Both the position numbers and the translations under genes were made by a program. Below the pieces are notes generated by a model that made no database searches, was not told the origin of the DNA, and saw only the letters and a list, made by a program, of their open reading frames with translations. A stretch of 64,000 nucleotides of DNA from Mobula hypostoma (Eukaryota), in assembly GCF_963921235.1 (NCBI RefSeq), contig NC_086097.1, forward strand, positions 92,506,001 through 92,570,000, given 5' to 3'. Numbering within the stretch: the stretch's first letter is position 1; each line of letters starts with the position of its first letter. Shown piece after piece: positions 1 to 15,000 of the stretch.

Positions 1-3000
1 TCCTCCTGTCCCAGAGTCAACTCCTGCAGACCGAGTCAACTCCTCCAGTCCCAGAGTCAACTCCTCCAGTCCGAGTCAACTCCTCCAGCCACAGAGGCAA
101 CTCCTCCTGTCCCAGAGTCAACTCCTCCAGACCGAGTCAACTCCTCCAGTCCCAGAGTCAACTCCTCCAGTCCGAGTAAACTCCTCCAGTCCAAGAGTCA
201 ACTCCTCCAGTCCGAGTCAACTCCTCCAGTCCCGGAGGCAACTCCCCCTGTCCAAGTCAACTCCTCCAGTCCCAGAGTCAACTCCTCCAGTCCCAGAGTC
301 AAATCCTCCAGCCCCAGAGGCAACTATTCCAGCCCCAAAGGCAACTCCTCAGGTCCCAGAGTCAACTCCTCCAGACCGAGTCAACTCCTCCATTCCGAGT
401 GAACTCCTCCAGTCCGAGTCAACTCCTCCAGTCCGAGTCAACTCCTCCAGCCCCAGAGGCAACTCCTCCAGCCCCAGAGGCAACTCCACCAGTCGCAGAG
501 TCAACTCCTCCAGCACGAGTCAACCCCTCCAGCCCCAGAGGCAACTCCTCCGATCCCAGAGTAAACTCCTCCAGCCCCAGAGACAACTCCTCCAGTCCGA
601 GTCAACGCCTTGAGTCCAAGAGTCAACTCCTCCAGTCCCAGAGTCATCTCCCACTTTCCGAGTCAACTCCTTCAGTCAGAGTCAAATCCTCCCGTCCCAG
701 AGTCAACTCCTCCATTCCGACTCAACTCCTCCATTCCGAGTCAACTCCTCCAGTCCGAGTCAACTCCTCCAGACCCAGAGTCAACTCCTCCAGACCGAGT
801 CAACTCCTCCAGTCCAGAGTCAACTTCTCCAGTCCGAATCAACTCCTCCAGCCACAGAGGCAACTCCTCCGGTCCCCGAGTCAACTCCTCCAGACCGAGT
901 CAACTCCTCCAGTCCCAGAGTCAACTCCTCCAGTCCGAGTAAACTCCTCCAGTCCAAGAGTCAACTCCTCCAGTCCGAGTCAACTCCTCCAGTCCCAGAG
1001 GCAACTCCCCCTGTCCAACTCAACTCCTCCAGTCCCAGAGTCAACTCCTCCAGTCCCAGAGTCAAATCCTCCAGCCCCAGAGGCAACTCCTCCGGTCCCA
1101 GAGTCAACTCCTCCAGTCCAGAGTCAACTCCCCCTTTCTGAGTCAACTCCTCCAGTCTGAGTCAACTCCTCCAGTCCGAGTCAACTCCATCATTCTGAGT
1201 CAATTCCTCCTGACCCAGAGTCAACTTCTCCAGTCCGAGTCAACTCCTCCAGTCCGAGTCAACTCCTCCAGTCCGAGTCAACTCCATCATTCTGAGTCAA
1301 TTCCTCCTGACCCAGAGTCAACTTCTCCAGTCCGAGTCAACTCCTCCAGCCCAGAGTCAACTTCTCCAGTCCAGAGTCAACTTCTCCAGTACGAGTCAAG
1401 TCCTCCAGTCCCAGAGTCAACTCCTCTAGACTCAGAGTAAACACCTCCAGTCCGAGTCAACTCCTCCATTCCAAGAGTCAACTCCTCCAGTCCCAGAGTC
1501 AACTCCTCCAGTCCCAGAGTCAACTCCTCCAGTCCCAGAGTCAACTCCTCCAGCCCCAGAGACAACTCCTCCAGTCCCAGAGTCAACTCCTCCAGTCCGA
1601 GTGAACTCCTCCAGTCCAAGAGTCAACTCCTCCAGTCCGAGTGAACTCCTCCAGTCCCAGAATCAACTCCTCCAGTCCGAATCAACTCCTCCTGTCCGAG
1701 TCAACTCCTCCAGTCCCAGAGGCAACTCCCCCTGTCAAAGTCAACTCCTCCAGTCCCAGAGTCAACTCCTCCAGTCCCAGAGTCAAATCCTCCAGCCCCA
1801 GAGGCAACTCCTCTGGTCCCAGAGTCAACTCCTCCAGTCCAGAGTCAACTCCCCCTTTCTGAGTCAACTCCTTCAGTCCGTGTCAACTCCTCCAGCTCCA
1901 GAGGCAACTCCTCCAGTCCCAGAGTCAACTCCTCCAGACTGAGTCAACTCCTCCTGTCCTAGTCAACTCCTCCAGTCCGAGTCAACTCCTCCAGTCCGAG
2001 TCAACTCCATCATTCTGAGTCAATTCCTCCTGACCCAGAGTCAACTTCTCCAGTCCGAGTCAACTCCTCCAGTCCAGAGTCAACTTCTCCAGTCCAGAGT
2101 CAACTTCTCCAGTCCGAGTCAAGTCCTCCAGTCCCAGAGTCAACTCCTCTAGACGCAGAGTAAACACCTCCAGTCCGAGTCAACTCATCCATTCCAAGAG
2201 TCAACTCAGCCAGTCCCAGAGTCAACTCCTCCAGTCCCAGAGTCAACTATTCCAGCCCCAAAGGCAACTCCTCAGGTCCCAGAGTCAACTCCTCCAGACC
2301 GAGTCAACTCCTCCATTCCGAGTGAACTCCTCCAGTCCGAGTCAACTCCTCCTGTCCTAGTCAACTCCTCCAGTCCGAGTCAACTCCTCCAGTCCGAGTC
2401 AACTCCATCATTCTGAGTCAATTCCTCCTGACCCAGAGTCAACTTCTCCAGTCCGAGTCAACTCCTCCAGTCCAGAGTCAACTTCTCCAGTCCAGAGTCA
2501 ACTTCTCCAGTCCGAGTCAAGTCCTCCAGTCCCAGAGTCAACTCCTCTAGACGCAGAGTAAACACCTCCAGTCCGAGTCAACTCCTCCAGTCCCAGAGTC
2601 AACTCCTCCAGTCCAGAGTCAACTCCCCCTTTCTGAGTCAACTCCTCCAGCACGAGTCAACCACTCCAGCCCCAGAGGCAACTCCTCCGATCCCAGAGTA
2701 AACTCCTCCAGCCCCAGAGACAACTCCTCCAGTCCGAGTCAACGTCTTCAGTCCAAGAGTCAACTCCTCCAGTCCCAGAGTCATCTCCCACTGTCCGAGT
2801 CAACTCCTTCAGTCAGAGTCAAATCCTCCCGTCCCAGAGTCAACTCCTCCATTCCGAGTCAACTCCTCCAGTCCGAGTCAACTCCACCAGTCCAAGAGTC
2901 AACTCCACCAGTCCAAGAGTCAACTCAGCCTGTCCCAGAGTCAACTTCTCCAGTCCAAGTCAACTCCTCCATTCCGAGTCAACTCCTCCAGTCCGAGTCA

Positions 3001-6000
3001 ACTCCTCCAGACCCAGAGCCAACTCCTCCAGACCGAGTCAACTCCTCCAGTCCAGAGTCAACTTCTCCAGTCCAGAGTCAACTTCTCCAGTCCGAGTCAA
3101 GTCCTCCAGTCCGAGTCAACTCCTCCTGACCCAGAGTCAACTTCTCCAGTCCGAGTCAACTCCTCCAGTCCAGAGTCAACTTCTCCAGTCCAGAGTCAAC
3201 TTCTCCAGTCCGAGTCAAGTCCTCCAGTCCCAGAGTCAACTCCTCTAGACCCAGAGTAAACACCTCCAGTCCGAGTCAACTCATCCATTCCAAGAGTCAA
3301 CTCAGCCAGTCCCAGAGTCAACTCCTCCAGTCCCAGAGTCAACTCCTCCAGTCCCAGAGTCAACTATTCCAGTCCCAAAGGCAACTCCTCAGGTACCAGA
3401 GTCAACTCCTCCAGACCGAGTCAACTCCTCCATTCCGAGTGAACTCCTCCAGTCCGAGTCAACTCCTCCAGTCTGAGTCAACTCCTCCAGCCCCAGAGGC
3501 AACTCCTCCAGCCCCAGAGGCAACACCTCCGGTCCCAGAGTCAACTCCTCCAGTCTGAGTCAACTCCTCCAGTCCGAGTCAACTCCACCAGTCCAAGAGT
3601 CAACTCCACCAGTCCAAGAGTCAACTCAGCCTGTCCCAGAGTCAACTTCTCCAGTCCAAGTCAACTCCTCCATTCCGAGTCAACTCCTCCAGTCCGAGTC
3701 AACTCCTCCAGCCCCAGAGACAACTCCTCCAGTCCGAGTCAACGCCTTCAGTCCAAGAGTCAACTCCTCCAGTCCCAGAGTCATCTCCCACTGTCCGAGT
3801 CAACTCCTTCAGTCAGAGTCAAATCCTCCCGTCCCAGAGTCAACTCCTCCAGGCCGAGTCAACTCCTCCATTCCGAGTCAACTCCTCCAGTCCGTGTCAA
3901 CTCCTCCAGACCCAGAGTCAACTCCTCCAGACCGAGTCAATCCTCAAGTCCGAGTCAACTACTCCAGTCCGAGTCAACTACCCCTGTCCGAGTCAACTAC
4001 CCCTGTCCGAGTCAACTCCTTCAGTCCGAGTCAACTCCTCCAACCCCAGAGGCAAATCCTCCGGTCCCAGAGTCAACTCCTGCAGACCGAGGCAACTCCT
4101 CCTGTTCAGAGTCAACTTCTCCAGTCCGAGTCAACTCCTCTAGTCCCAGAGTCAACTCCTCCAGTCCGCGTTAAATCCTCCAGTCCCAGAGTCAACTCCT
4201 CCAGTCCCAGAGTCAACTCCTCCAGTCTGAGTTAACTGCTCCATTCCGAGTCAAATCCTCCAGTCCGAGTCAACTCCTCCAGACCCAGAGTCAGCTCCTC
4301 CAGTCCGAGTCAACTCTTCAAGTCCGAGTCAACTCCTCCAGTCCGAGTCAACTCCCCCTATCCGAGTCAACTCCCCCGGTCCGAGTCAACTCCTTCAACC
4401 GAGTCAACTCCTCCAGTCCCAGAGTCAACATCTCCAGTCCCAGAGTCAACTTCTCCAGACCAAGAGTCAACTCCTCTAGTCCGAGACAACTTCTCCAGTC
4501 CGAGTCAATTCCTCCAGTCCGAGTCAAATCCTCCAGTCCAAGAGTCAACACCGCCAGTCCCAGAGTCAACTTCTCCAGTCCGAGTCAACTCCTCCAGTCC
4601 GAGTCAACTCCTCCAGTCCCAGAGGCAACTCCCCCTGACCAAGTCAACTCCTCCAGTCCCAGAGTCAACTCCTCCAGTATGAGTCAACTCCTCCAGCCCC
4701 AGAGGCAACTCCTTCGGTACCAGAGTGAACTCCTCCAGCCCCAGAGGCAACTCCTCTGGTCCCAGTGTCAACTCCTCCAGACCCAGTCAACTCCTACAGT
4801 CCAGAGTCAACTTCTCCAGACCCAGAGTCAACTCCTGCATTCCGAGTCAACTCCTTCAGTCCAAGAGTCAACTCCTCCAGTCCCAGAGTCAACTCCCACA
4901 ATTTGAGTGAACTCCTTCAGTCAGATTCAAATCCTCCAGTCCCACAGTCAACTTCTCCAGTCCAAGTCAATTCCTCCAGTTCCACAGTAAACTCCTCCAG
5001 TCCGAGTCAACTCCTCCAGTCCCAGAGTCAACTCCTCCAGTCCAGAGTCAACTCCCCCTTTCTGAGTCAACTTCTTCAGTCCAAGTCAACTCCTCCAGCT
5101 CCAGAGGCAACTCCTCCGGTCCCAGAGTCAACTCCTCCAGTCTGAGTCAACTCCTCCAGTCCAAGAATCAACTCCTCCAGACCGAGTCAACTCCACCAGT
5201 CGCAGAGTCAACTCCTCCAGCACGAGTCAACCCCTCCAGCCCCAGAGGCAACTCCTCCGATCCCAGAGTAAACTCCTCCAGCCCCAGAGACAACTCCTCC
5301 AGTCCGAGTCAACGCCTTCAGTCCAAGAGTCAACTCCTCCAGTCCCAGAGTCATCTCCCACTGTCCGAGTCAACTCCTTCAGTCAGAGTCAAATCCTCCC
5401 GTCCCAGAGTCAACTCCTCCATTCCGAGTCAACTCCTCCAGTCCGAGTCAACTCCACCAGTCCAAGAGTCAACTCCACCAGTCCAAGAGTCAACTCAGCC
5501 TGTCCCAGAGTCAACTTCTCCAGTCCAAGTCAACTCCTCCATTCCGAGTCAACTCCTCCAGTCCGAGTCAACTCCTCCAGACCCAGAGTCAACTCCTCCA
5601 GACCGAGTCAATCCTCAAGTCCGAGTCAACTACTCCAGTCCGAGTCAACTACCCCTGTCCGAGTCAACTACCCCTGTCCAAGTCAACTCCTTCAGTCCGA
5701 GTCAACTCCTCCAAACCCAGAGGCAAATCCTCCTGTCCCAGAGTCAACTCCTGCAGACCGAGGCAACTCCTCCTGTTCAGAGTCAACTTCTCCAGTCCGA
5801 ATCAACTCCTCCAGCCACAGAGGCAACTCCTCCGGTCCCCGAGTCAACTCCTCCAGACCGAGTCAACTCCTCCAGTCCCAGAGTCAACTCCTCCAGTTCG
5901 AGTCAACTCACCCTGCCCGTGTCAACTCCTTCAGTCCGATCAACTCCTCCAGTCCCAGAGTCAACTCCTCCAGTCCGAGTAAACTCCTCCAGTCCAAGAG

Positions 6001-9000
6001 TCAACTCCTCCAGTCCGAGTGAACTCCTCCAGTCCCAGAATCAACTCCTCCAGTCCGAATCAACTCCTCCTGTCCGAGTCAACTCCTCCAGTCCCAGAGG
6101 CAACTCCCCCTGACCAAGTCAACTCCTCCAGTCCCAGAGTCAACTCCTCCAGTCCCAGAGTCAAATCCTCCAGCCCCAGAGGCAACTCCTCCGGTCCCAG
6201 AGTCAACTCCTCCAGTCCAGAGTCAACTCCTCCAGTCCAGAGTCAACTACCCCTTTCTGAGTCAACTCCTCCAGTCCCAGAGTCAAATCCTCCAGCTCCA
6301 GAGGCAACTCCTCCAGTCCCAGAGTCAACTCCTCCAGTCCGAGTCAATTCCATCATTCTGAGTCAATTCCTCCTGACCCAGAGTCAACTTCTCCAGTCTG
6401 AGTCAACTCCTCCAGTCCAGAGTCAACTTCTCCAGTCCAGAGTCAACTTCTCCAGTACGAGTCAAGTCCTCCAGTCCCAGAGTCAACTCCTCTAGACTCA
6501 GAGTAAACACCTCCAGTCCGAGTCAACTCATCCATTCCAAGAGTCAACTCAGCCAGTCCCAGAGTCAACTCCTCCAGTCCCAGAGTCAACTCCTCCAGTC
6601 CCAGAGTCAACTATTCCAGCCCCAAAGGCAACTCCTCCAGTCCCAGAGTCAACTCCTCCAGTCCGATTATCTCCTCCAGTCCAAGAGTCAACTCCTCCAG
6701 TCCGAGTGAACTCCTCCAGTCCCAGAATCAACTCCTCCAGTCCGAATCAACTCCTCCTGTCCGAGTCAACTCCTGCAGTCCCAGAGGCAACTTCCCCTGT
6801 CCAAGTCAACTCCTCCAGTCCCAGAGTCAAATCCTCCAGCCCCAGAGGCAACTCCTCCGGTCCCAGAGTCAACTCCTCCAGTCCAGAGTCAACTCCTCCA
6901 GTCCAGAGTCAACTCCTCCAGTCCAGAGTCAACTCCCCCTTTCTGAGTCAACTCCTTCAGTCCGTGTCAACTCCTCCAGCTCCAGAGGCAACTCCTCCAG
7001 TCCCAGAGTCAACTCCTCCAGACTGAGTCAACTCCTCCTGTCCTAGTCAACTCCTCCAGTCCGAGTCAACTCCTCCAGTCCGAGTCAACTCCATCATTCT
7101 GAGTCAATTCCTCCTGACCCAGAGTCAACTTCTCCAGTCCGAGTCAACTCCTCCAGTCCAGAGTCAACTTCTCCAGTCCAGAGTCAACTTCTCCAGTCCG
7201 AGTCAAGTCCTCCAGTCCCAGAGTCAACTCCTCTAGACCCAGAGTAAACACCTCCAGTCCGAGTCAACTCATCCATTCCAAGAGTCAACTCAGCCAGTCC
7301 CAGAGTCAACTTCTCCAGTCCCAGAGTCAACTCCTCCAGTCCCAGAGTCAACTATTCCAGTCCCAAAGGCAACTCCTCAGGTCCCAGAGTCAACTCCTCC
7401 AGACCGAGTCAACTCCTCCAGTCCAAGAGTGAACTCCTCCAGTCCGAGTCAACTCCTCCAGTCTGAGTCAACTCCTCCAGCCCCAGAGGCATCTCCTCCA
7501 GCCCCAGAGGCAACACCTCCGGTCCCAGAGTCAACTCCTCCAGTCTGAGTCAACTCCTCCAGTCCAAGAATCAACTCCTCCAAACCGAGTCAACTCCACC
7601 AGTCGCAGAGTCAACTCCTCCAGCACGAGTCAACCCCTCCAGCCCCAGAGGCAACTCCTCCGATCCCAGAGTAAACTCCTCCAGCCCCAGAGACAACTCC
7701 TCCAGTCCGAGTCAACGCCTTCAGTCCAAGAGTCAACTCCTCCAGTCCCAGAGTCATCTCCCACTGTCCGAGTCAACTCCTTCAGTCAGAGTCAAATCCT
7801 CCCGTCCCAGAGTCAACTCCTCCATTCCGAGTCAACTCCTCCAGTCCGAGTCAACTCCACCAGTCCAAGAGTCAACTCCACCAGTCCAAGAGTCAACTCA
7901 GCCTGTCCCAGAGTCAACTTCTCCAGTCCAAGTCAACTCCTCCATTCCGAGTCAACTCCTCCAGTCCGAGTCAACTCCTCCAGACCCAGAGTCAACTCCT
8001 CCAGACCGAGTCAATCCTCAAGTCCGAGTCAACTACTCCAGTCCGAGTCAACTACCCCTGTCCGAGTCAACTACCCCTGTCCGAGTCAACTCCTTCAGTC
8101 CGAGTCAACTCCTCCAAACCCAGAGGCAAATCCTCCTGTCCCAGTGTCAACTCCTGCAGACCGAGGCAACTCCTCCTGTTCAGAGTCAACTTCTCCAGTC
8201 CGAGTCAAGTCCTCCAGTTCCAGAGTCAACTCCTCCGATCCCAGAGTAAACTCCTCCAGCCCCAGAGACAACTCCTCCAGTCCAAGTCAACGCCTTCAGT
8301 CCAAGAGTCAACTCCTCCAGTCCCAGAGTCAACTCCCACTGTCCGAGTCAACTCCTTCAGTCAGATTCAAATCCTCCAGTCCCAGAGTCAACTCCTCCAG
8401 TCCGAGTCAACTCCTCCAGTCCGAGTCAACTCCACCAGTCCAAGAGTCAACTCAGCCTGTCCCAGAGTCAACTTCTCCAGTCCAAGTCAACTCCTCCATT
8501 CCGAGTCAACTCCTCCAGTCCGAGTCAACTCCTCCAGACCCAGAGTCAACTCCTCCAGACCGAGTCAATCCTCAAGTCCGAGTCAACTACTCCAGTCCGA
8601 GTCAACTACCCCTGGTCGAGTCAACTACCCCTGTCCGAGTCAACTCCTTCAGTCCGAGTCAACTCCTCCAACCCCAGAGGCAAATCCTCCGGTCCCAGAG
8701 TCAACTCCTGCAGACCGAGGCAACTCCTCCTGTTCAGAGTCAACTTCTCCAGTCCGAGTCAACTCCTCTAGTCCCAGAGTCAACTCCTCCAGTCCGCGTT
8801 AAATCCTCCAGTCCCAGATTCAACTCCTCCAGTCCAAGTCTACTCCTCAAGTCCCAGAGTCAACTCCTTCTGTCCGATCAACTCCTCCAGTCCCAGAATC
8901 AACTCCCACTGTACGAGTCAACTCCTTCAGTCCGAGACAAATCCTCCAGTCCCAGAGTCAACTCCTCCCGTCCGAGTCAACTCCTCCAGCCCCAGAGGAA

Positions 9001-12000
9001 ACTCCTCCGGTCCCAGAGTCAACTCCTCCAGTCCGAGTCAACTCCTCCAGTCCGAGTCAACTCCTCCAGTCCCAGAGTCAACTCCTCCAGACCCAGAGTC
9101 AACTCCTCCAGTCCGAGTCAACTCCTCCAGTCCGAGTCAACTCCTCCAGTCCGAGGCAACTCCTCCGGCCCCAGAGGCAACTCCTCCGGTTCCAGAGTCA
9201 ACTCCTCCAGACCGAGTCAACTCCTCCCGTCCAAGAGTCAACTCCTCCAGTCCAAGAGTCAACTCAGCCTGTCCCAGAGTCAACTCCTCCATTCCGAGTC
9301 AACTCCTCCAGTCCGAGTCAACTCCTCCAGTCCGAGTCAACTCCTCCAGACCCAGAGTCAACTCCCCCTGTCCGAGTCAACTCCTTCAGTCCAAGTCAAC
9401 TCCTGCAGACCAAGTCAACTCCTCCTCTTCAGAGTCAACTTCTCCAGTCCGAGTCAACTCCTCCAGTCCCAGAGTCAACTCCTCCAGTCCGAGTCAACTC
9501 CTTCAGTCCAAGAGTCAACTCCTCCAGTCCGAGTCAACTCCTCCAGTCCCAGAGTCAACTCCTCCAGTCCGAGTCAACTCCTCCAGTCCCAGAGTCAACT
9601 CCTCGGGTCCCACAGTCAACTCCTCCAGTCTGAGTTAACTCCTCCATTCCGAGTCAACTCCTCCAGTCCGAGTCAACTCCTCCAGACCCAGAGTCAGCTC
9701 CTCCAGTCCGAGTCAACTCTTCAAGTCCGAGTCAACTCCTCCAGTCCGAGTCAACTCCCCCTGTCCGAGTCAACTCCCCCGGTCCGAGTCAACTCCTTCA
9801 ACCGAGTCAACTCCTTCAACCGAGTCAACTCCTCCAGTCCCAGAGTCAACATCTCCAGTCCCAGAGTCAACTCCTCCAGACCAAGAGTCAACTCCTCTAG
9901 TCCGAGACAACTTCTCCAGTCCGAGTCAATTCCTCCAGTCCGAGTCAAATCCTCCAGTCCAAGAGTCAACACCGCCAGTCCCAGAGTCAACTTCTCCAGT
10001 CCGAGTCAACTCCTCCAGTCCCAGAGTCAACTATTCCAGTCCCAAAGGCAACTCCTCAGGTCCCAGAGTCAACTCCTCCAGACCGAGTCAACTCCTCCAT
10101 TCCGAGTGAACTCCTCCAGTCCGAGTCAACTCCTCCAGTCTGAGTCAACTCCTCCAGCCCCAGAGGCATCTCCTCCAGCCCCAGAGGCAACACCTCCGGT
10201 CCCAGAGTCAACTCCTCCAGTCTGAGTCAACTCCTCCAGTCCAAGAATCAACTCCTCCAAACCGAGTCAACTCCACCAGTCGCAGAGTCAACTCCTCCAG
10301 CACGAGTCAACCCCTCCAGCCCCAGAGGCAACTCCTCCGATCCCAGAGTAAACTCCTCCAGCCCCAGAGACAACTCCTCCAGTCCGAGTCAACGCCTTCA
10401 GTCCAAGAGTCAACTCCTCCAGTCCCAGAGTCATCTCCCACTGTCCGAGTCAACTCCTTCAGTCAGAGTCAAATCCTCCCGTCCCAGAGTCAACTCCTCC
10501 ATTCCGAGTCAACTCCTCCAGTCCGAGTCAACTCCACCAGTCCAAGAGTCAACTCCACCAGTCCAAGAGTCAACTCAGCCTGTCCCAGAGTCAACTTCTC
10601 CAGTCCAAGTCAACTCCTCCATTCCGAGTCAACTCCTCCAGTCCGAGTCAACTCCTCCAGACCCAGAGTCAACTCCTCCAGACCGAGTCAATCCTCAAGT
10701 CCGAGTCAACTACTCCAGTCCGAGTCAACTACCCCTGTCCGAGTCAACTACCCCTGTCCGAGTCAACTCCTTCAGTCCGAGTCAACTCCTCCAAACCCAG
10801 AGGCAAATCCTCCTGTCCCAGTGTCAACTCCTGCAGACCGAGGCAACTCCTCCTGTTCAGAGTCAACTTCTCCAGTCCGAGTCAAGTCCTCCAGTTCCAG
10901 AGTCAACTCCTCCGATCCCAGAGTAAACTCCTCCAGCCCCAGAGACAACTCCTCCAGTCCAAGTCAACGCCTTCAGTCCAAGAGTCAACTCCTCCAGTCC
11001 CAGAGTCATCTCCCACTGTCCGAGTCAACTCCTTCAGTCAGAGTCAAATCCTCCCGTCCCAGAGTCAACTCCTCCAGTCCGAGTCAACTCCTCCAGTCCG
11101 AGTCAACTCCACCAGTCCAAGAGTCAACTCAGCCTGTCCCAGAGTCAACTTCTCCAGTCCAAGTCAACTCCTCCATTCCGAGTCAACTCCTCCAGTCCGT
11201 GTCAACTCCTCCAGACCCAGAGTCAACTCCTCCAGACCGAGTCAATCCTCAAGTCCGAGTCAACTACTCCAGTCCGAGTCAACTACCCCTGGTCGAGTCA
11301 ACTACCCCTGTCCGAGTCAACTCCTTCAGTCCGAGTCAACTCCTCCAACCCCAGAGGCAAATCCTCCGGTCCCAGAGTCAACTCCTGCAGACCGAGGCAA
11401 CTCCTCCTGTTCAGAGTCAACTTCTCCAGTCCGAGTCAACTCCTCTAGTCCCAGAGTCAACTCCTCCAGTCCGCGTTAAATCCTCCAGTCCCAGATTCAA
11501 CTCCTCCAGTCCAAGTCTACTCCTCAAGTCCCAGAGTCAACTCCTTCTGTCCGATCAACTCCTCCAGTCCCAGAATCAACTCCCACTGTACGAGTCAACT
11601 CCTTCAGTCCGAGACAAATCCTCCAGTCCCAGAGTCAACTCCTCCCGTCCGAGTCAACTCCTCCAGCCCCAGAGGAAACTCCTCCGGTCCCAGAGTCAAC
11701 TCCTCCAGTCCGAGTCAACTTCTCCAGTCCGAGTCAAGTCCTCCAGTTCCAGAGTCAACTCCTCCAGACCCAGAGTCAACCCCTCCAGTCCGAGTCAACT
11801 CCTCCAGTCCGAGTCAACTCCTCCAGTCCGAGGCAACTCCTCCAGTCCGAGGCAACTCCTCCGGCCCCAGAGGCAACTCCTCCGGTTCCAGAGTCAACTC
11901 CTCCAGACCGAGTCAACTCCTCCCGTCCAAGAGTCAACTCCTCCAGTCCAAGAGTCAACTCAGCCTGTCCCAGAGTCAACTCCTCCATTCCGAGTCAACT

Positions 12001-15000
12001 CCTCCAGTCCGAGTCAACTCCTCCAGTCCGAGTCAACTCCTCCAGACCCAGAGTCAACTCCCCCTGTCCGAGTCAACTCCTTCAGTCCAAGTCAACTCCT
12101 GCGGACCAAGTCAACTCCTCCTCTTCAGAGTCAACTTCTCCAGTCCGAGTCAAGTCCTCCAGTTCCAGAGTCAACTCCTCCAGTCCGAGTCAACTCCTTC
12201 AGTCCAAGAGTCAACTCCTCCAGTCCGAGTCAACTGCTCCAGTCCCAGAGTCAACTCCTCCAGTCCGAGTCAACTCCTCCAGTCCCAGAGTCAACTCCTC
12301 CAGTCCCAGAGTCAACTCCTCCAGTCTGAGTTAACTGCTCCATTCCGAGTCAAATCCTCCAGTCCGAGTCAACTCCTCCAGACCCAGAGTCAGCTCCTCC
12401 AGTCCGAGTCAACTCTTCAAGTCCGAGTCAACTCCTCCAGTCCGAGTCAACTCCCCCTGTCCGAGTCAACTCCCCCGGTCCGAGTCAACTCCTTCAACCG
12501 AGTCAACTCCTTCAACCGAGTCAACTCCTCCAGTCCCAGAGTCAACTTCTCCAGTCCCAGAGTCAACTCCTCCAGACCAAGAGTCAACTCCTCTAGTCCG
12601 AGACAACTTCTCCAGTCCGAGTCAACTTCTCCAGTCCGAGTCAAATCCTCCAGTCCAAGAGTCAACACCACCAGTCCCAGAGTCAACTTCTCCAGTCCGA
12701 GTCAACTCCTCCAGTCCCAGAGGCAACTCCCCCTGACCAAGTCAACTCCTCCAGTCCCAGAGTCAACTCCTCCAGTATGAGTCAACTCCTCCAGCCCCAG
12801 AGGCAACTCCTCCGGTACCAGAGTGAACTCCTCCAGCCCCAGAGGCAACTCCTCTGGTCCCAGTGTCAACTCCTCCAGACCCAGTCAACTCCTACAGTCC
12901 AGAGTCAACTTCTCCAGACCCAGAGTCAACTCCTGCATTCCGAGTCAACTCCTTCAGTCCAAGAGTCAACTCCTCCAGTCCCAGAGTCAACTCCCACAAT
13001 TCGAGTCAACTCCTTCAGTCAGATTCAAATCCTCCAGTCCCACAGTCAACTCCTCCAGTCCAAGTCAAATCCTCCAGTTCCACAGTAAACTCCTCCAGTC
13101 CGAGTCAACTCCTCCAGTCCCAGAGTCAACTCCTCCAGTCCAGAGTCAACTCCTCCAGTCCAGAGTCAACTCCCCCTTTCTGAGTCAACTCCTTCAGTCC
13201 GAGTCAACTCCTCCGGACCCAGAGTCAAGTGCTCCAGACTGAGTCAACTCCTCCTGTCCTAGTCAACTCCTACAGTCCGAGTCAACTCACCCTGCCCGAG
13301 TCAACTCCTCCAGTCCGAGTCAAATCCTTCCGTCCAAGAGTCAACTCCTCCAGTCCCAGAGTCAACTCCCACTGTCCGAGTCAACTCCTTCAGTCAGCGT
13401 CAAATCCTCCAGTCCCACAGTCAACTCCTCCAGTCCAAGTCAACTCCTCCAGTCCCAGATTCAACTCCTCCAGTCCGAGTCTACTCCTCAAGTCCCAGAG
13501 TCAACTCCTCCAGTCCGAGTCAACTACTCCAGCCCCAGAGGCAACTCCTCCGGTCCCAGAGTCAACTCCTGCAGACCGAGTCAACTCCTACAGTCCAGAG
13601 TCAACTTCTCCAGACAGAGAGTCAACTCCTACAGTCCGAGTCAACTCCTTGAGTCCAAGAGTCAACTCCTCCAGTCCCAGAATCAACTCCAACAGTTCGA
13701 GTCAACTCCTTCAGTCAGAGTCAAATCCTCCAGTCCCACAGTCAACTCCTCCAGTCCGAGTCAACTCGTCCAGTCCCCGAGTCAACTCCTCCAGTCCCAG
13801 AATCAACTCCTCCAGTACGAGTCAAATCCTCCAGTCCGAGTCAAATCCTCCTGTCCCAAAGTCAACTCCTTCAGTCCGAGTCAACTCCTCCATTCCGAGT
13901 CAACTCCTCCAGTCCGAGTCAACTCCTCCAGTCCGAGTCAACTCCTCCAGACCCAGAGTCAACTCCCCCTGTCCGAGTCAACTCCTTCAGTCCAAGTCAA
14001 CTCCTGCAGACCAAGTCAACTCCTCCTCTTCAGAGTCAACTTCTCCAGTCCGAGTCAAGTCCTCCAGTTCCAGAGTCAACTCCTCCAGTCCGAGTCAACT
14101 CCTTCAGTCCAAGAGTCAACTCCTCCAGTCCGAGTCAACTGCTCCAGTCCCAGAGTCAACTCCTCCAGTCCGAGTCAACTCCTCCAGTCCCAGAGTCAAC
14201 TCCTCCAGTCCCAGAGTCAACTCCTCCAGTCTGAGTTAACTGCTCCATTCCGAGTCAAATCCTCCAGTCCGAGTCAACTCCTCCAGACCCAGAGTCAGCT
14301 CCTCCAGTCCGAGTCAACTCTTCAAGTCCGAGTCAACTCCTCCAGTCCGAGTCAACTCCCCCTGTCCGAGTCAACTCCCCCGGTCCGAGTCAACTCCTTC
14401 AACCGAGTCAACTCCTTCAACCGAGTCAACTCCTCCAGTCCCAGAGTCAACATCTCCAGTCCCAGAGTCAACTCCTCCAGACCAAGAGTCAACTCCTCTA
14501 GTCCGAGACAACTTCTCCAGTCCGAGTCAATTCCTCCAGTCCGAGTCAAATCCTCCAGTCCAAGAGTCAACACCGCCAGTCCCAGAGTCAACTTCTCCAG
14601 TCCGAGTCAACTCCTCCAGTCCCAGAGGCAACTCCCCCTGACCAAGTCAACTCCTCCAGTCCCAGAGTCAACTCCTCCAGTATGAGTCAACTCCTCCAGC
14701 CCCAGAGGCAACTCCTCCGGTACCAGAGTGAACTCCTCCAGCCCCAGAGGCAACTCCTCCGGTCCCAGTGTCAACTCCTCCAGACCGAGTTAACTCCTAC
14801 AGTCCAGACTCAACTTCTCCAGACCCAGAGTCAACTCCTGCAGTCCGAGTAAACTCCTTCAGTCCAAGAGTCAACTCCTCCAGTCCCAGAGTCAACTCCC
14901 ACAATTCGAGTCAACTCCTTCAGTCAGATTCAAATCCTCCAGTCCCACAGTCAACTCCTCCAGTCCAAGTCAACTCCTCCAGTCCCAGAGTCAACTCCTC

